From positions 1-30,103 of the forward strand of contig JAHWIT010000177.1 of assembly GCA_019322455.1 (NCBI GenBank): a DNA stretch of 30,103 nucleotides. The letters run 5' to 3'. The DNA is from Candidatus Woesearchaeota archaeon. Lineage in GTDB: Archaea > Nanobdellota > Nanobdellia > Woesearchaeales > WJKL01. Shown one piece after another: positions 1 through 10,069 of this stretch. The notes under the pieces were generated by a model. It saw only the letters and a program-made list of their open reading frames with translations, ran no database searches and was not told the origin of the DNA. Numbering within the stretch: position 1 is the first letter of the stretch; each line of letters opens with the position of its first letter. The position numbers and the translations under genes are program-made.

Positions 1-49
1 CTGGAACAAAACAGTTGATGAAATTAATAAAGCCTTAGATATGTTTTAA
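1..49 (+). CDS. 3' end of an upstream gene (partial, ...WNKTVDEINKALDMF*)
   Basis: The frame from position 2 is open to TAA at 47-49 and converges on the smc stop. It is too short to identify. Confidence 0.4.
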   Translation, partial: WNKTVDEINKALDMF

Positions 50-54
50 AAAAA

Positions 55-3000
55 CTAAATCTTCAAGCTAGTAACCTGGCTAATACCATGCTCATTCATA
101 CTTATTCCATATAAATTATCTGCTTCTGAAATAACAGCATCATTATGAGAAATAACAATATACTGTGCTTTCTCAACATATTTTCTAATTAATCCAGAAA
201 GTTTCTCTGAATTATGTTTGTCTAAAGCAGCATCTACCTCATCCAAGATGTAAAATGAATGTGGTTCATACTCTTGAATTGAAAATATAAAAGCCAAAGC
301 AGTTAGTGTTTTCTCTCCTCCTGATAAACTTCTTATATCTAAGAATTTCTTTCCAGTTATCCTTACTCTAATATTAAGCCCTCCTTCAAAAGGATTCTCC
401 TCATTTTGTAAAACCAAGCTCGCCTCTCCTTTTGTAGAAAGAGCAGAAAATATTCTTTTAAAATTTTCATTAACAATATCAAATGTTCTCATAAATAATT
501 CCTTTTTCTTTCCTTCAATCTCTCCCATCATCTCAAGCACATCTCCCTTCTCTGATTCCAGTTTATCCTTCTTCTCAAGCAGTCCCTGATATTCTTTTTC
601 AATCTCATCATATATTTCTAAAGCCCTCAGGTTTACATTTCCCATATCATTTACCATTCTTTCAAATTTCTGTATATCCTTCTTCAATTCTTCTTCGCTT
701 TTCTCTTTATTTATCTGGACACCTTCATATTGCTGGAATTCTTCCTTTAGACCAGCTAATTTTGCATTAACCTCTGCATTTACTAAAGATACTTTATTCA
801 TCTTAATTTCAATTTCTTTGCTCTCTTCCCTTAAGCCATCAATCTTATTCTCTTCTTTTTGTATATCATCATTTACCTTTGTCCTTTCTACAAACAACTC
901 TTTATATTTTGTATAAAATTCCTGGGCTTTTTCTTCTTTTTCAGCCAAAGATTTTTTATCATTTTGAATCTGCTCATTTAATCCTTTTATCTCTCCATTA
1001 AAGCCTTCTTCTTCTTTAGCCTGCTGCTTTAAAATATCCCCAATTTTTGCTTTCTCAGGCAGCTTCATATCATTAATTTGTATGGTTATATTTCTTATAT
1101 CAGAATCTATCTGCATCAGATTCTCATCAAACTCTTTTTTCTTATCTTCAAAAGCATTTAACTCAGCTAATAAAGCAGGATTCCTTAATTCATTAATTCT
1201 ATTCCTCAATTGTTGTTTTTTAATCTTAACCTGAGTTAATCCCTTATTTACTTCATCTATTTGAGAATTAAGATTACCTTTTCCTTCTTCAATTATCTCC
1301 AATTCTTTTTGCAGCTCTTGTTTTGTATTCTCATCAGCTTCTAAGTCACCTTTTTCAAGATGAAGGCTTTTTTCTTGTTTTATAATCTCTCCTTCTAAAG
1401 AGGCCTTTTCCTCTCTAAGTTTTTCTATGACTTTATCATTTTCTTCTTGTCTTTTCTCCAAAACAGAGATTGTATCTTCTAATTCATCTATAGCTTTCTT
1501 CTGTTCTCTCTCTCCTTGCACCATATTCTTTGCCTGGAAACTCATTCCCTTTTTCCTCTTTAATCTGTATCCTCCTTGCATTGCTCCGCTTAACTCAACT
1601 AAATCTCCATCAATAGTGACCATTCTAACATTGCCTACACCTATCTTTCTTGCAGTATCAATATTATCAACAACAATTGTATTTCCAAAAACATAAGAAA
1701 AAACCTTTTCAAACTTTTTATCATAAGAAAGCAGATCAACAGCTATTCCATAAACTCCTTTTTCATCAACATATTTCTTAGCTTCTTCAACACTTTTGGG
1801 CTTTATCTTGTTCAATGGTAAAAATGTAACTATTCCTAATTTATTTTTCTTCAAGTATTTAATACACTCAACAGCTACTTTATCACTATCAACAATAACA
1901 CTGTTTAGTCTAGGACCAGCTGCAATCTCTAAAGCTGATGAATATTTAGAATCAACATCAGCAAGTTCTGTTATTGTTCCATAAATACCTTTTATCTTAT
2001 TCTTTTGTTCTAATATATTCTTCAGAGCAATATTTCCAGAAATATTCTCCTTAATACTCGCAATTCTTGTCTTTAATTTTGCAAGCTCTTCTTCTGCCCC
2101 AGCTAATTTTCTCTTATTCTCAGAAATCTGCTGTGCTAATATACTACTTTCATTTAATCTTTTATTTAATTCAAGAATTGATTTCTTAAAATCCTCTTTA
2201 AGTTTTTTAATCTGTTCTATTTGCTCTTTATGTTCTTCTTCAACCTGCTTAACCTTTTTTATCTTTTCATCAACAGTATTTATTTGAAGATTTAGTACAT
2301 CTTCTTTTCTCAATAAATCCTGTTCTTTTCCTCTTAACTCTTCAATCTCTTTTTGCTTCTCTACTGCATCTTTATCTATTTGATCTATACCCTTTTCAAT
2401 CTCAGTAACATTATCAATCTCATTCTTTTTCTTAAACTCCTCTATACTATTAACTATCTTTTTTCTTTCTTCTTCTATATAATTTTTCTTCTCATTTAAT
2501 TCCTTTTTCTTAGAATTTAATTCCTGTATTTGATTATCAAGCTCCTTTAAATCCTTTTCTAACTGATTCTTCCTTAAAAAAATCTTGTCAATCTCATTCC
2601 TGCAGTTCTCAATTCTTGTCTTATTAGTTGCAAGCTTAACCTTTAATTGCTCTATGCTTCTCTGCATCTCTACTTGCTCTTTTTCTCCTTTTTCCTCAAT
2701 CTCTTTATTTATATTGTTTATCTCCTCTTTCTTATTTTCAATTACTTGCTTAATCTCATCAATCTTACTCTTAATCTGATTCAGCTTATCTTGCTCAACT
2801 TGAATTCGTTGATTTAAATGCTCTTTTTCTTTCTCTTTTTTATCAATCTGAATATACAAATAAGAAGCCTTATTCTCATTTACCTTGCTTTTCAGATCCT
2901 TAAATTTCAAAGCCTGGTCTCTATCCTTTTTCAATTCATTCAAATAAGTATTTCTTTCAGTCAAGATTATATTTGCGTCTTTTAGTCTTTCTTCAACCTT

Positions 3001-3549
3001 CTCAAGTTCTCTCATAGCTTTCTGCTTCTTTTCTTCATAAATAGAAATCCCGCTTATCTCTTCTATCAACATCCTTCTATCTTCAGGATGCATCTCAGTA
3101 AATCTAACAATATCTCCCTGCAAAATAATATTATAACCATCAGGATCAATCTTTGCAACACTCATTAAATCAAGAATCTGCTGCCTTGTTCGTTTTTTAT
3201 CATTAATTTTGTAAAGGCTTTGGCCATCATGTTTAACTATTCTTGTAATCTTTACATAAGGATCCTCTGTTGGAAATGTCTGTTCACTATTATCAAAATA
3301 AATAGAAACTTCAGCCTGTTTCATTGGCTTCTTAGTTTTGCCTCCATTATAAACAAGATTAGCTGCTTTTTCTGCTCTCAAACTCTTAACAGACATTCTA
3401 CCTAAAACAAAACAAAGAGCATCAAGAATATTAGATTTACCACTGCCATTAGGCCCTAATACACAATTAAAACTATTATCAAAAACAAGTTCTGTTCTCC
3501 TTGCAAAGCTCTTAAAACCATACATTACAAGCTTATTTATTCGAGTCAT
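55..3549 (-). CDS. smc: Chromosome segregation protein SMC
   Basis: N-terminal GFKSF and Walker A GPNGSGKSN, long coiled coils, hinge (GIYG...GIVTFLPL), C-terminal LSGGEK signature and Walker B LDEVDAALD; 1164 aa. Confidence 0.98.
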   Translation of the reverse strand: MTRINKLVMYGFKSFARRTELVFDNSFNCVLGPNGSGKSNILDALCFVLGRMSVKSLRAEKAANLVYNGGKTKKPMKQAEVSIYFDNSEQTFPTEDPYVKITRIVKHDGQSLYKINDKKRTRQQILDLMSVAKIDPDGYNIILQGDIVRFTEMHPEDRRMLIEEISGISIYEEKKQKAMRELEKVEERLKDANIILTERNTYLNELKKDRDQALKFKDLKSKVNENKASYLYIQIDKKEKEKEHLNQRIQVEQDKLNQIKSKIDEIKQVIENKKEEINNINKEIEEKGEKEQVEMQRSIEQLKVKLATNKTRIENCRNEIDKIFLRKNQLEKDLKELDNQIQELNSKKKELNEKKNYIEEERKKIVNSIEEFKKKNEIDNVTEIEKGIDQIDKDAVEKQKEIEELRGKEQDLLRKEDVLNLQINTVDEKIKKVKQVEEEHKEQIEQIKKLKEDFKKSILELNKRLNESSILAQQISENKRKLAGAEEELAKLKTRIASIKENISGNIALKNILEQKNKIKGIYGTITELADVDSKYSSALEIAAGPRLNSVIVDSDKVAVECIKYLKKNKLGIVTFLPLNKIKPKSVEEAKKYVDEKGVYGIAVDLLSYDKKFEKVFSYVFGNTIVVDNIDTARKIGVGNVRMVTIDGDLVELSGAMQGGYRLKRKKGMSFQAKNMVQGEREQKKAIDELEDTISVLEKRQEENDKVIEKLREEKASLEGEIIKQEKSLHLEKGDLEADENTKQELQKELEIIEEGKGNLNSQIDEVNKGLTQVKIKKQQLRNRINELRNPALLAELNAFEDKKKEFDENLMQIDSDIRNITIQINDMKLPEKAKIGDILKQQAKEEEGFNGEIKGLNEQIQNDKKSLAEKEEKAQEFYTKYKELFVERTKVNDDIQKEENKIDGLREESKEIEIKMNKVSLVNAEVNAKLAGLKEEFQQYEGVQINKEKSEEELKKDIQKFERMVNDMGNVNLRALEIYDEIEKEYQGLLEKKDKLESEKGDVLEMMGEIEGKKKELFMRTFDIVNENFKRIFSALSTKGEASLVLQNEENPFEGGLNIRVRITGKKFLDIRSLSGGEKTLTALAFIFSIQEYEPHSFYILDEVDAALDKHNSEKLSGLIRKYVEKAQYIVISHNDAVISEADNLYGISMNEHGISQVTSLKI

Positions 3550-3606
3550 TTATATATGAAGATTATTCACCTATATTTATAAAGTTTTTTAATAGTTAAA
3601 TTCTTT

Positions 3607-4263
3607 CTAAAATTCCCCTAAACTCTTCTGCCCTTTTTCTTTAACAACCTTTTTATAAGAAATCCATTCTTTTCTAAAGATGCTTGGATATTTGTCCCAA
3701 TATTTCTTTAAAAATTCAACAGTTCTCGGATCAGAAGTATAACCACTGCCAAAATCAATCCCAATCTTCTCTTTTATTTTCTTAATCTCAGCATCTCTTG
3801 TAACCTTTGCTAATATTGAAGCAGCTCCAACAATTAAATATTTAACATCTGCTTTGTGTTCAGCAATAATCTCAACATCTTTATTCTTCAAATGCAGTTT
3901 AAGATAATCCACAAACTGCTTAATATTATTACTAGGACAATCTAAAATAACCTTATCAGGCTTAAGCTCATTAATAACTTCAGCCATTTTTTGAGCTTCT
4001 AATTTATTCAAGTTCATATAATCAGTACCAAGAGCAGCATCAACCTCTTGAGTAGGAGCAATTAATAATTTAGAATCCTTAACAACCTTCTTTATCTGCT
4101 CAAACATAATTTCTCTTTGCTTTGGAGTTAATAATTTGCTGTCCTTAACACCTATCTGTTTTAATTTTGCTTCATCTTTTTCATTAATTAAAACTCCACA
4201 AACTACTAATGGACCAATTACAGGACCTCTTCCAGCTTCTTCAATACCACAAATTAATACCAT
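3607..4263 (-). CDS. rnhB: Ribonuclease HII
   Basis: GIEEAGRGPVIGP, VKDSK, AEHKAD, AASILAKVTRD and GSGY motifs. The true start is probably the ATG at 4263 (MVLICG), not the ORF-track start at 4434. Confidence 0.95.
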   Translation of the reverse strand: MVLICGIEEAGRGPVIGPLVVCGVLINEKDEAKLKQIGVKDSKLLTPKQREIMFEQIKKVVKDSKLLIAPTQEVDAALGTDYMNLNKLEAQKMAEVINELKPDKVILDCPSNNIKQFVDYLKLHLKNKDVEIIAEHKADVKYLIVGAASILAKVTRDAEIKKIKEKIGIDFGSGYTSDPRTVEFLKKYWDKYPSIFRKEWISYKKVVKEKGQKSLGEF

Positions 4264-4341
4264 AATAAAAACTAATTGAATAAACTTTTTAAATCTTTTT
4301 AAACCAAAAATATATAAACTAGTTCTGCAAAGATATAATAC

Positions 4342-4758
4342 ATGAAAGCAAAAAAAGAGGCTCAAATAACTAAAGCAAAAAAGAGAAAAAAAACAACTCC
4401 GCCCCAATATTATACTAAAAGAAATGTTGTTCAATTTGTTGGACTAAAAATTCTTGACCCATTTGACCAAAAAAGAATAAAAGATCTTTTCTATCAACAT
4501 GCCATTGAAATAGAGCGTGAAGTAAAAACTATAAATAAGATAAGAGTGCATTTTAAAGAGTATGAAAAAGGAGGAAGAAAAAAATATTCTGTTCAATTAT
4601 TAATAGACTCTCCAATGAGACCAATAACAGTTAATTCAGTTTATTCTCCAGTACAATGGGATCCAGTAGCAATTGTTCATAAACTCATAAAAAAAGCAAG
4701 AAGCCAAATTATACATAAATTCAAAACAGACACACCATATAAAAAAGCCTACAACTAA
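4342..4758 (+). CDS. Hypothetical basic protein, possibly HPF/RaiA-like ribosome-associated fold
   Basis: 138-aa ORF with TATA-like element upstream. The pattern RVHFKEYEKGGRKKYSVQLLI...WD...HK resembles HPF-like beta-alpha proteins (inference). Confidence 0.55.
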   Translation: MKAKKEAQITKAKKRKKTTPPQYYTKRNVVQFVGLKILDPFDQKRIKDLFYQHAIEIEREVKTINKIRVHFKEYEKGGRKKYSVQLLIDSPMRPITVNSVYSPVQWDPVAIVHKLIKKARSQIIHKFKTDTPYKKAYN

Positions 4759-4759
4759 A

Positions 4760-5167
4760 ATGGGAAGAAAACCTCTCAAAGAAAGTGAATTAGATAAATT
4801 CAGACAATGGACTGAACATTTGAGAATAAAAAGCAAAGAAATCCCTATTATAGTTGAAACAGAAAAAGAAAAAAAAGTTCTTAAAGGATTAAAAGTAAAA
4901 AATATAATATGTATTTCTAAACCATTCTATGATTTTGCAGAAAAGATTGCTAAAAAGAACAAAGAAGTAGTTTTATTATTTGACACAGATAAAAGAGGTC
5001 AAGATTTATATACTGAAATAAAATCAGAATTAGAACAACAAGGTATTAAAATAGACCAAAGATTTGAACAATTTATCTTCCACACTAAATTAAAAAAAAT
5101 CCAAGGAATTCCAAATTACATTGAAAAGCATTTAATGGATACTCCAAGAAAAATAACTGAATTATAA
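4760..5167 (+). CDS. Small TOPRIM-domain protein (divergent)
   Basis: IIVE(T) motif and LLFDTDKRG DxD motif typical of stand-alone TOPRIM proteins. The usual VEG glycine is replaced by T. Confidence 0.7.
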   Translation: MGRKPLKESELDKFRQWTEHLRIKSKEIPIIVETEKEKKVLKGLKVKNIICISKPFYDFAEKIAKKNKEVVLLFDTDKRGQDLYTEIKSELEQQGIKIDQRFEQFIFHTKLKKIQGIPNYIEKHLMDTPRKITEL

Positions 5168-5180
5168 AGTTATTATAATT

Positions 5181-5522
5181 TTATCCGATAGTTTTTCTTT
5201 TCTCTTTTTCCTTCTCTAATTTATCTGCATATTTCTGAGCATGCTCTTCAGAACAAAATTTCTTTATTTCACCATCAAATTTCCTTTCAAAAATCTCTGT
5301 TTCTTCTTCTCCTAATAATTTGCCACACTCAGCACAACAATTTTCTTCTCCTCTTCCTTCAGCACCTTCCATAAATCCCTCTTCCCAATCTTCTATCTCT
5401 GCATCTTCTACTAATTTTTCTCTACCTTCTTCTGAATATACATTCTCTTCTTTTTTACCTTGTTCCATTTCTCCTTCCACTTCTTCAGGAGTTTTATCTT
5501 CAGTATCATCTTCTTCTGGCAT
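5181..5522 (-). CDS. Acidic protein with TRASH/YHS-like metal-binding motif
   Basis: CAECG...FCSEEH motif and a very acidic N-terminus. Confidence 0.7.
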   Translation of the reverse strand: MPEEDDTEDKTPEEVEGEMEQGKKEENVYSEEGREKLVEDAEIEDWEEGFMEGAEGRGEENCCAECGKLLGEEETEIFERKFDGEIKKFCSEEHAQKYADKLEKEKEKRKTIG

Positions 5523-5621
5523 CTTAATCTACTTTAAAAATAACCAATATTTAATGTTTTCTATTTAAATAAACAAATATTTAAATAATAATCCAGATTA
5601 AGATTATATAGGTGATAGGTT

Positions 5622-6536
5622 TTGTCAAAAGAAACTCTTTATACATTTATTACAATAGCAGATGGCTTTGATATAAAAGAAAAATTAAAATTAGTTCTAT
5701 TCACAGCAGAGCTTAAACCAAGTACTTATGTTATCCTTAAAATTAATCCAGAATCATTAGATGAAAAATATCGTTTTGAACAGCTTTTACGCCAAAATAA
5801 AATTTTATTCTCAGCAAGCAGACAAAAAGGATATGAAGAAATCACAAAAATAAAAGGAAATAAAATAATCTGGGAACTAAAAGGTATCTGGATTGGTTAT
5901 GATTTATTCAAAGATAAAAAAACAAAAAAACTATTTGAAAGATACAAGAATTTAATATCAAAACAGCAAATTAAAAAAGCTGATTTAATAGGAGGAAAAA
6001 TATATAGTTACCCTTCATGTTGCATTAAACAATATCAAAAAGAAACATCTGAATATATCAAAAAACACTATACTTACTATGAATTCTACAAAAAACTTCA
6101 AGATATAGACAGAAAATATCCTTTTATAGCTTATTCTCCATGTTCAGTAAAATGTAAAAAAACAACTGCTTTGAATAAAAAATATTCAAATATAATCAAA
6201 AAATTTACTCCAGAACTTTGGCAACAATATACAAAAAAAGATAGATTCAAAACAGATATAATAGTTGATGAAGAATCAGATATTCTCATAAAAGGAAAAA
6301 CAATCTGGCCAGAACGTAATGCTCATGAATATGATGTAATTCTAAGAAAGCCGCATAATAACAAATATTATCTTTATGCTTACCTTACAAAAAAGAATTA
6401 TGAAAAAGGCACAATTTTAGAAGCATCAATTACTCAGCAATACGACTATGCAGATATCAAAGTAAAAAAAGTAAAAGGAATAATAAAAAATCTAATACAT
6501 GAAAGAAAGATGCCTTTAATTGGAAGAAAATATTAA
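5622..6536 (+). CDS. Hypothetical protein with DUF483-like motif
   Basis: 304 aa, TTG start preceded by AGGTGAT SD. YSYPSCCI and PCSVKC motifs resemble the archaeal DUF483 GYPxCC motif. Confidence 0.6.
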   Translation: MSKETLYTFITIADGFDIKEKLKLVLFTAELKPSTYVILKINPESLDEKYRFEQLLRQNKILFSASRQKGYEEITKIKGNKIIWELKGIWIGYDLFKDKKTKKLFERYKNLISKQQIKKADLIGGKIYSYPSCCIKQYQKETSEYIKKHYTYYEFYKKLQDIDRKYPFIAYSPCSVKCKKTTALNKKYSNIIKKFTPELWQQYTKKDRFKTDIIVDEESDILIKGKTIWPERNAHEYDVILRKPHNNKYYLYAYLTKKNYEKGTILEASITQQYDYADIKVKKVKGIIKNLIHERKMPLIGRKY

Positions 6537-6548
6537 ATCAAAATCAAT

Positions 6549-6824
6549 CTATAATTTGATCTTTTTTAATTCAGACTCAACTATTTTTAGATTATTGTGT
6601 ACTTTCTCTAATAATTTCTGATATTCCTTCTTAAGCTTGTCTGCATTCTTAAAATCAGCTTTATGCTTTTTAAGGAATTCTCTTGCTGCTTCTTTTGTTG
6701 AAGCCTTTTCATGTTTTCTTTTCCATTTGTCTGTTTTCTTGCTTTTACTATGTAATTTAACGCTTGTCAAATATAGTTGAGCTGTATCCTTATACAATTT
6801 CTTAGCTATTTCTTTTAATACCAT
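6549..6824 (-). CDS. Hypothetical basic helical protein
   Basis: 91-aa Lys-rich ORF with ATG start and upstream AT-rich promoter-like sequence. Confidence 0.6.
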   Translation of the reverse strand: MVLKEIAKKLYKDTAQLYLTSVKLHSKSKKTDKWKRKHEKASTKEAAREFLKKHKADFKNADKLKKEYQKLLEKVHNNLKIVESELKKIKL

Positions 6825-6935
6825 ATCATATTGATTAATAATTGTCTTTTTATATTTTTGTATTAACTATTTGATAGAAAACTATAAATATGAGTTGAGA
6901 TTAAAAACAAATATAAAAATAAAAAGGTGATAATT

Positions 6936-7127
6936 ATGGTTGAAGTTGATGAATCTAAAATAAAAGAAGCTGAAAATGCTATTAGAGATTTAATTAATTG
7001 GATAGAAGTTTGGAACTTAGAAGAAGTTGAAGGTGGAGTTAAAAAAATAGAAGATGTGACAGTTGATGAACTAAAAACAAAACTTAGTGATATAGCAGAA
7101 AAAGTAAGTGGAATGACAGTAATTTAA
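6936..7127 (+). CDS. Small acidic hypothetical protein
   Basis: ATG at 6936 preceded by AGGTGA SD; 63 aa. Confidence 0.65.
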   Translation: MVEVDESKIKEAENAIRDLINWIEVWNLEEVEGGVKKIEDVTVDELKTKLSDIAEKVSGMTVI

Positions 7128-7759
7128 TCTTTTTTTTCCAATTCTTTCCTTATTTTATTTGCATATTTATGTGCTAGATGCAAAGGCTCTGGTAATTTGT
7201 GAGGCAAATTTACACAATTCTTAACAATCTCTAAAGAATTCTTTAAACCAACCTTATGACCTGGGCTTACAAATAAAGGACTAGCATATTCTTTTGCAAT
7301 TAAAGTAAAACCACAAGTCTTCTCTCCAATAATTATCTTATCTCCTTTTACATATCCGCATAATAAATTTTTAGCGATTCCAATAGAAGGAATATCTAAT
7401 AATAATCCAACATGGCTTGCAAGACCAATCCTCCTAGGATGTGATATACCATGTCCATCAACTAATAAAACATCTGGATTATTTTCTAATTTAGAAAAAG
7501 CCTCAACAATTGCAGCACCTTCTCTATAACTCAAAAAGCTAGGAATATAAGGAAAAGTAGCTTTAACAACAGCATATTTTTTCTCAACTATTCCCATAGT
7601 TTTATAATCACAAACAACAACAGCAGAAATAATCTCATTTCCTATAAAAGTTTGATCTACTCCAGCAACTAATTTAATCTCATCAAATTCATCTTTAATC
7701 ACAATCTTTTTTGCTAAATTGATTTGTTCTTCTTTAAGCTTATTCACTCCTTTTTTCAT
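7124..7759 (-). CDS. nfi: Endonuclease V
   Basis: VAGVD, PYIPSFLSYRE, DGHGISHPRRIGLASHVG, IGIAK, VSPGH and LPEP motifs. Confidence 0.95.
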   Translation of the reverse strand: MKKGVNKLKEEQINLAKKIVIKDEFDEIKLVAGVDQTFIGNEIISAVVVCDYKTMGIVEKKYAVVKATFPYIPSFLSYREGAAIVEAFSKLENNPDVLLVDGHGISHPRRIGLASHVGLLLDIPSIGIAKNLLCGYVKGDKIIIGEKTCGFTLIAKEYASPLFVSPGHKVGLKNSLEIVKNCVNLPHKLPEPLHLAHKYANKIRKELEKKD

Positions 7760-8292
7760 GTAGAAAAATCAATTTAAGTTATATTTAAAACTGATGGAAA
7801 TTTATGATTAATTTAAGAAATCCAAAAATCTTTGATTTTTTGAAAATAATAGAAAATCAACGCCCAACCAATTATAAACATAAATAGACAAGCTTTATTT
7901 TTATTTCAATCTTTCAATAAAAGGTTAACTTTATCATCAAAATTAGATTTTACCCAAGACTTAACTGAAAAATAATTAATATGGACTGCAAAATCCTTCC
8001 AATTTATGACCTATCTTAATTTTTTGTTTTTAACCATCTCAGCAATTAAAACTTCTTCAATACTTCCTCTTACCAAAAATCGATTATTAATCGTATTAGT
8101 ATACATGGCTATTGCAGCTGAATTCAAAAAATTAAAACTATCTGTTTGGGAGAAAAAAAGGAGAAGAGTCTAGAAGAAAAAACAAGTGAAAAAGAGGGCT
8201 GTTAAAAAAGAGAAGCCTAAAAAAGAAGCAATTAGAATAGAGAATGTCAGGAAAAAAGAATAATTATTTTTCCTATATTAAGACTATTAATA

Positions 8293-9000
8293 TTATTTTA
8301 ATTTTCCTAATACTATATCTTCAATATTAACACTTTTATAATTTTTTGTTAGATCAAATATTATTTCTGCAACTTCTTGTGGTTCCATACAATTCTGAAA
8401 ATCTATTTGTACCTCTGTTCTTTTAACAAAAGTTGTTTTCATTCCAGCTAAGTATACACCTAAAACTTTAATATTATTATTTGATTTTTTAATTTCCTGT
8501 CTTAATGCGTTTGTAAAACCTCGAAGAGCAAATTTAGTAGCACTATATAAAACACCTCTCTCTGGTTGCGCATTTACCCCTGAAACTGAATTAATATTAA
8601 TAATAAATCCTTCTTTCTTTTTTATAAAGAAAGAGTAAATTCTTCTAGCAAGTTTTAACGGAGCTATAAGGTTGATACTATTAACATAATCAATTTCTTC
8701 ATCAGTTAATTCTTCAAAAAGAAAATTTGTTGCTAATGCAGCATTATTAATTAAAATAGAAATATTTTTTTTAATCGCCAACTTATATAAATCATCAATT
8801 GTTTCTAAATCTTTCAGATCTCCAACTACTAAATTACAAGATACATCATTCTTTAGAATTTGTTTTTTAACTTGTTTTAAATCATTTTGATTTCTACCAT
8901 GTATAATCAAATTAAAATCATTTTTTGCGAAAATTAAAGCTAATTCTTTACCAAGGCCTTTGCTTGAACCTGTTATTAAAACTGTTTTTTTGTTTTCCAT
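8293..9000 (-). CDS. Short-chain dehydrogenase/reductase (SDR)
   Basis: TGSSKGLG Rossmann motif, INNA and catalytic YSATK. Confidence 0.92.
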   Translation of the reverse strand: MENKKTVLITGSSKGLGKELALIFAKNDFNLIIHGRNQNDLKQVKKQILKNDVSCNLVVGDLKDLETIDDLYKLAIKKNISILINNAALATNFLFEELTDEEIDYVNSINLIAPLKLARRIYSFFIKKKEGFIININSVSGVNAQPERGVLYSATKFALRGFTNALRQEIKKSNNNIKVLGVYLAGMKTTFVKRTEVQIDFQNCMEPQEVAEIIFDLTKNYKSVNIEDIVLGKLK

Positions 9001-9020
9001 TCATCAAAAAAAAGAATGCA

Positions 9021-9034
9021 AATATTTAAATATT
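9021..9034. promoter_or_regulatory. Palindromic AT-rich element, candidate bidirectional TATA box for SDR and radical SAM
   Basis: AATATTTAAATATT is a perfect 14-bp palindrome lying between the divergent start codons at 9000 and 9064. Confidence 0.45.
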
Positions 9035-9063
9035 GCTGTAATTAAAGTGATTTTAAGGATTAA

Positions 9064-10014
9064 ATGAAAAAAAAGAAAAAAATTTATTGTCCACATCTAT
9101 GGAACAATATATTTATTGATCAGGTTGGAAATGTTTATTGTTGTGAATATTCCTATAGTTACTTTCTTAAAAAAAATATTTTAGGTAATATTTATGACAA
9201 AAAATTAAAAGATATTTATTGCAATAAGATTTTATCAAAACTAAGAAAAAAGTTATTAGATGGTAAATTAAAATGTTTTAATAATTGTGCTTTTTTAAAC
9301 AAAAATAAAATTGGAAATACAAAGAAAGAAGTTAAGATCGATTATCATAAACTGAAAAAATTAGTAATAAGGTTTGGAGAATCTTGTAATCTCAATTGTA
9401 TAATGTGTTTTTTAGACAGTAAAAAAAAGAAATGTTTAGATTATAAAAAAATAATAGAAAATGTAGATTTATCTCCTTTTGAAGTAATAGAAATAGAAGG
9501 CGGTGAGCCACTTTATATGGAATCTGTAAAAAAATTCTTTGACTATGCTGCTTCTAAAGATAAAAAGATTTCATTTCTAACAAATGGAACTTTGATTAAT
9601 GATGTGTGGGCTGATAAAATTGCTCTGAATTCATCTTATATTTGTTTTTCATTAAATGCAGCCACTAAAAAAACACATGAATTGATTAACAAAGGCTCAA
9701 AATGGAATTTAGTTCTAAAAAATATTCAAATGGTTAGAAAAGCAAAGAAAAAATATAATTCAAATGTGAAAATTATTGCCCATATGACCTTAGTAAAAGA
9801 AAATATTAAAGAGATTCCATTGTTTATTAAAAAATTTAAAACGTTTGGTGTTGATTCAATCGAGTGGGGATTTGATATAAGTGCATATTTATACCTAAAA
9901 AAACATGAAAAAGAAAAAGAAAAGTTAAAAAATAAAATCAAAAGACTTTTATATGAATATAAATCAAAAAATGATATAGATTTATCCAAATTGAAATTAT
10001 TATCTCTTGTTTAA
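9064..10014 (+). CDS. Radical SAM protein with N-terminal SPASM/Twitch-like Fe-S domain
   Basis: CNLNCIMC (CxxxCxxC), GGEP and TNGT motifs. The N-terminus CPHLW...GNVYCC...LGNI...CFNNC resembles a Twitch/SPASM domain. Confidence 0.88.
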   Translation: MKKKKKIYCPHLWNNIFIDQVGNVYCCEYSYSYFLKKNILGNIYDKKLKDIYCNKILSKLRKKLLDGKLKCFNNCAFLNKNKIGNTKKEVKIDYHKLKKLVIRFGESCNLNCIMCFLDSKKKKCLDYKKIIENVDLSPFEVIEIEGGEPLYMESVKKFFDYAASKDKKISFLTNGTLINDVWADKIALNSSYICFSLNAATKKTHELINKGSKWNLVLKNIQMVRKAKKKYNSNVKIIAHMTLVKENIKEIPLFIKKFKTFGVDSIEWGFDISAYLYLKKHEKEKEKLKNKIKRLLYEYKSKNDIDLSKLKLLSLV

Positions 10015-10069
10015 AAATCTATGATTAAGATAAAATTTGAAATTATAAAATAGAAAGAGGACGAAAGGT

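Noticed and set aside
1427..3405. Short plus-strand ORFs within smc
   Set aside because: They are antisense shadows with Ser/Phe/Leu-rich composition from the purine-rich coding strand.
4264..4434. Hydrophobic N-terminal extension of RNase HII
   Set aside because: It overlaps the divergent gene at 4342, and the family motif begins at the Met at 4263.
7900..8263. TAG read-through or alternative genetic code
   Set aside because: TAG serves as a normal stop for several clear genes in the window (smc, rnhB, rSAM/SPASM, PIN-ATPase, rtcB).
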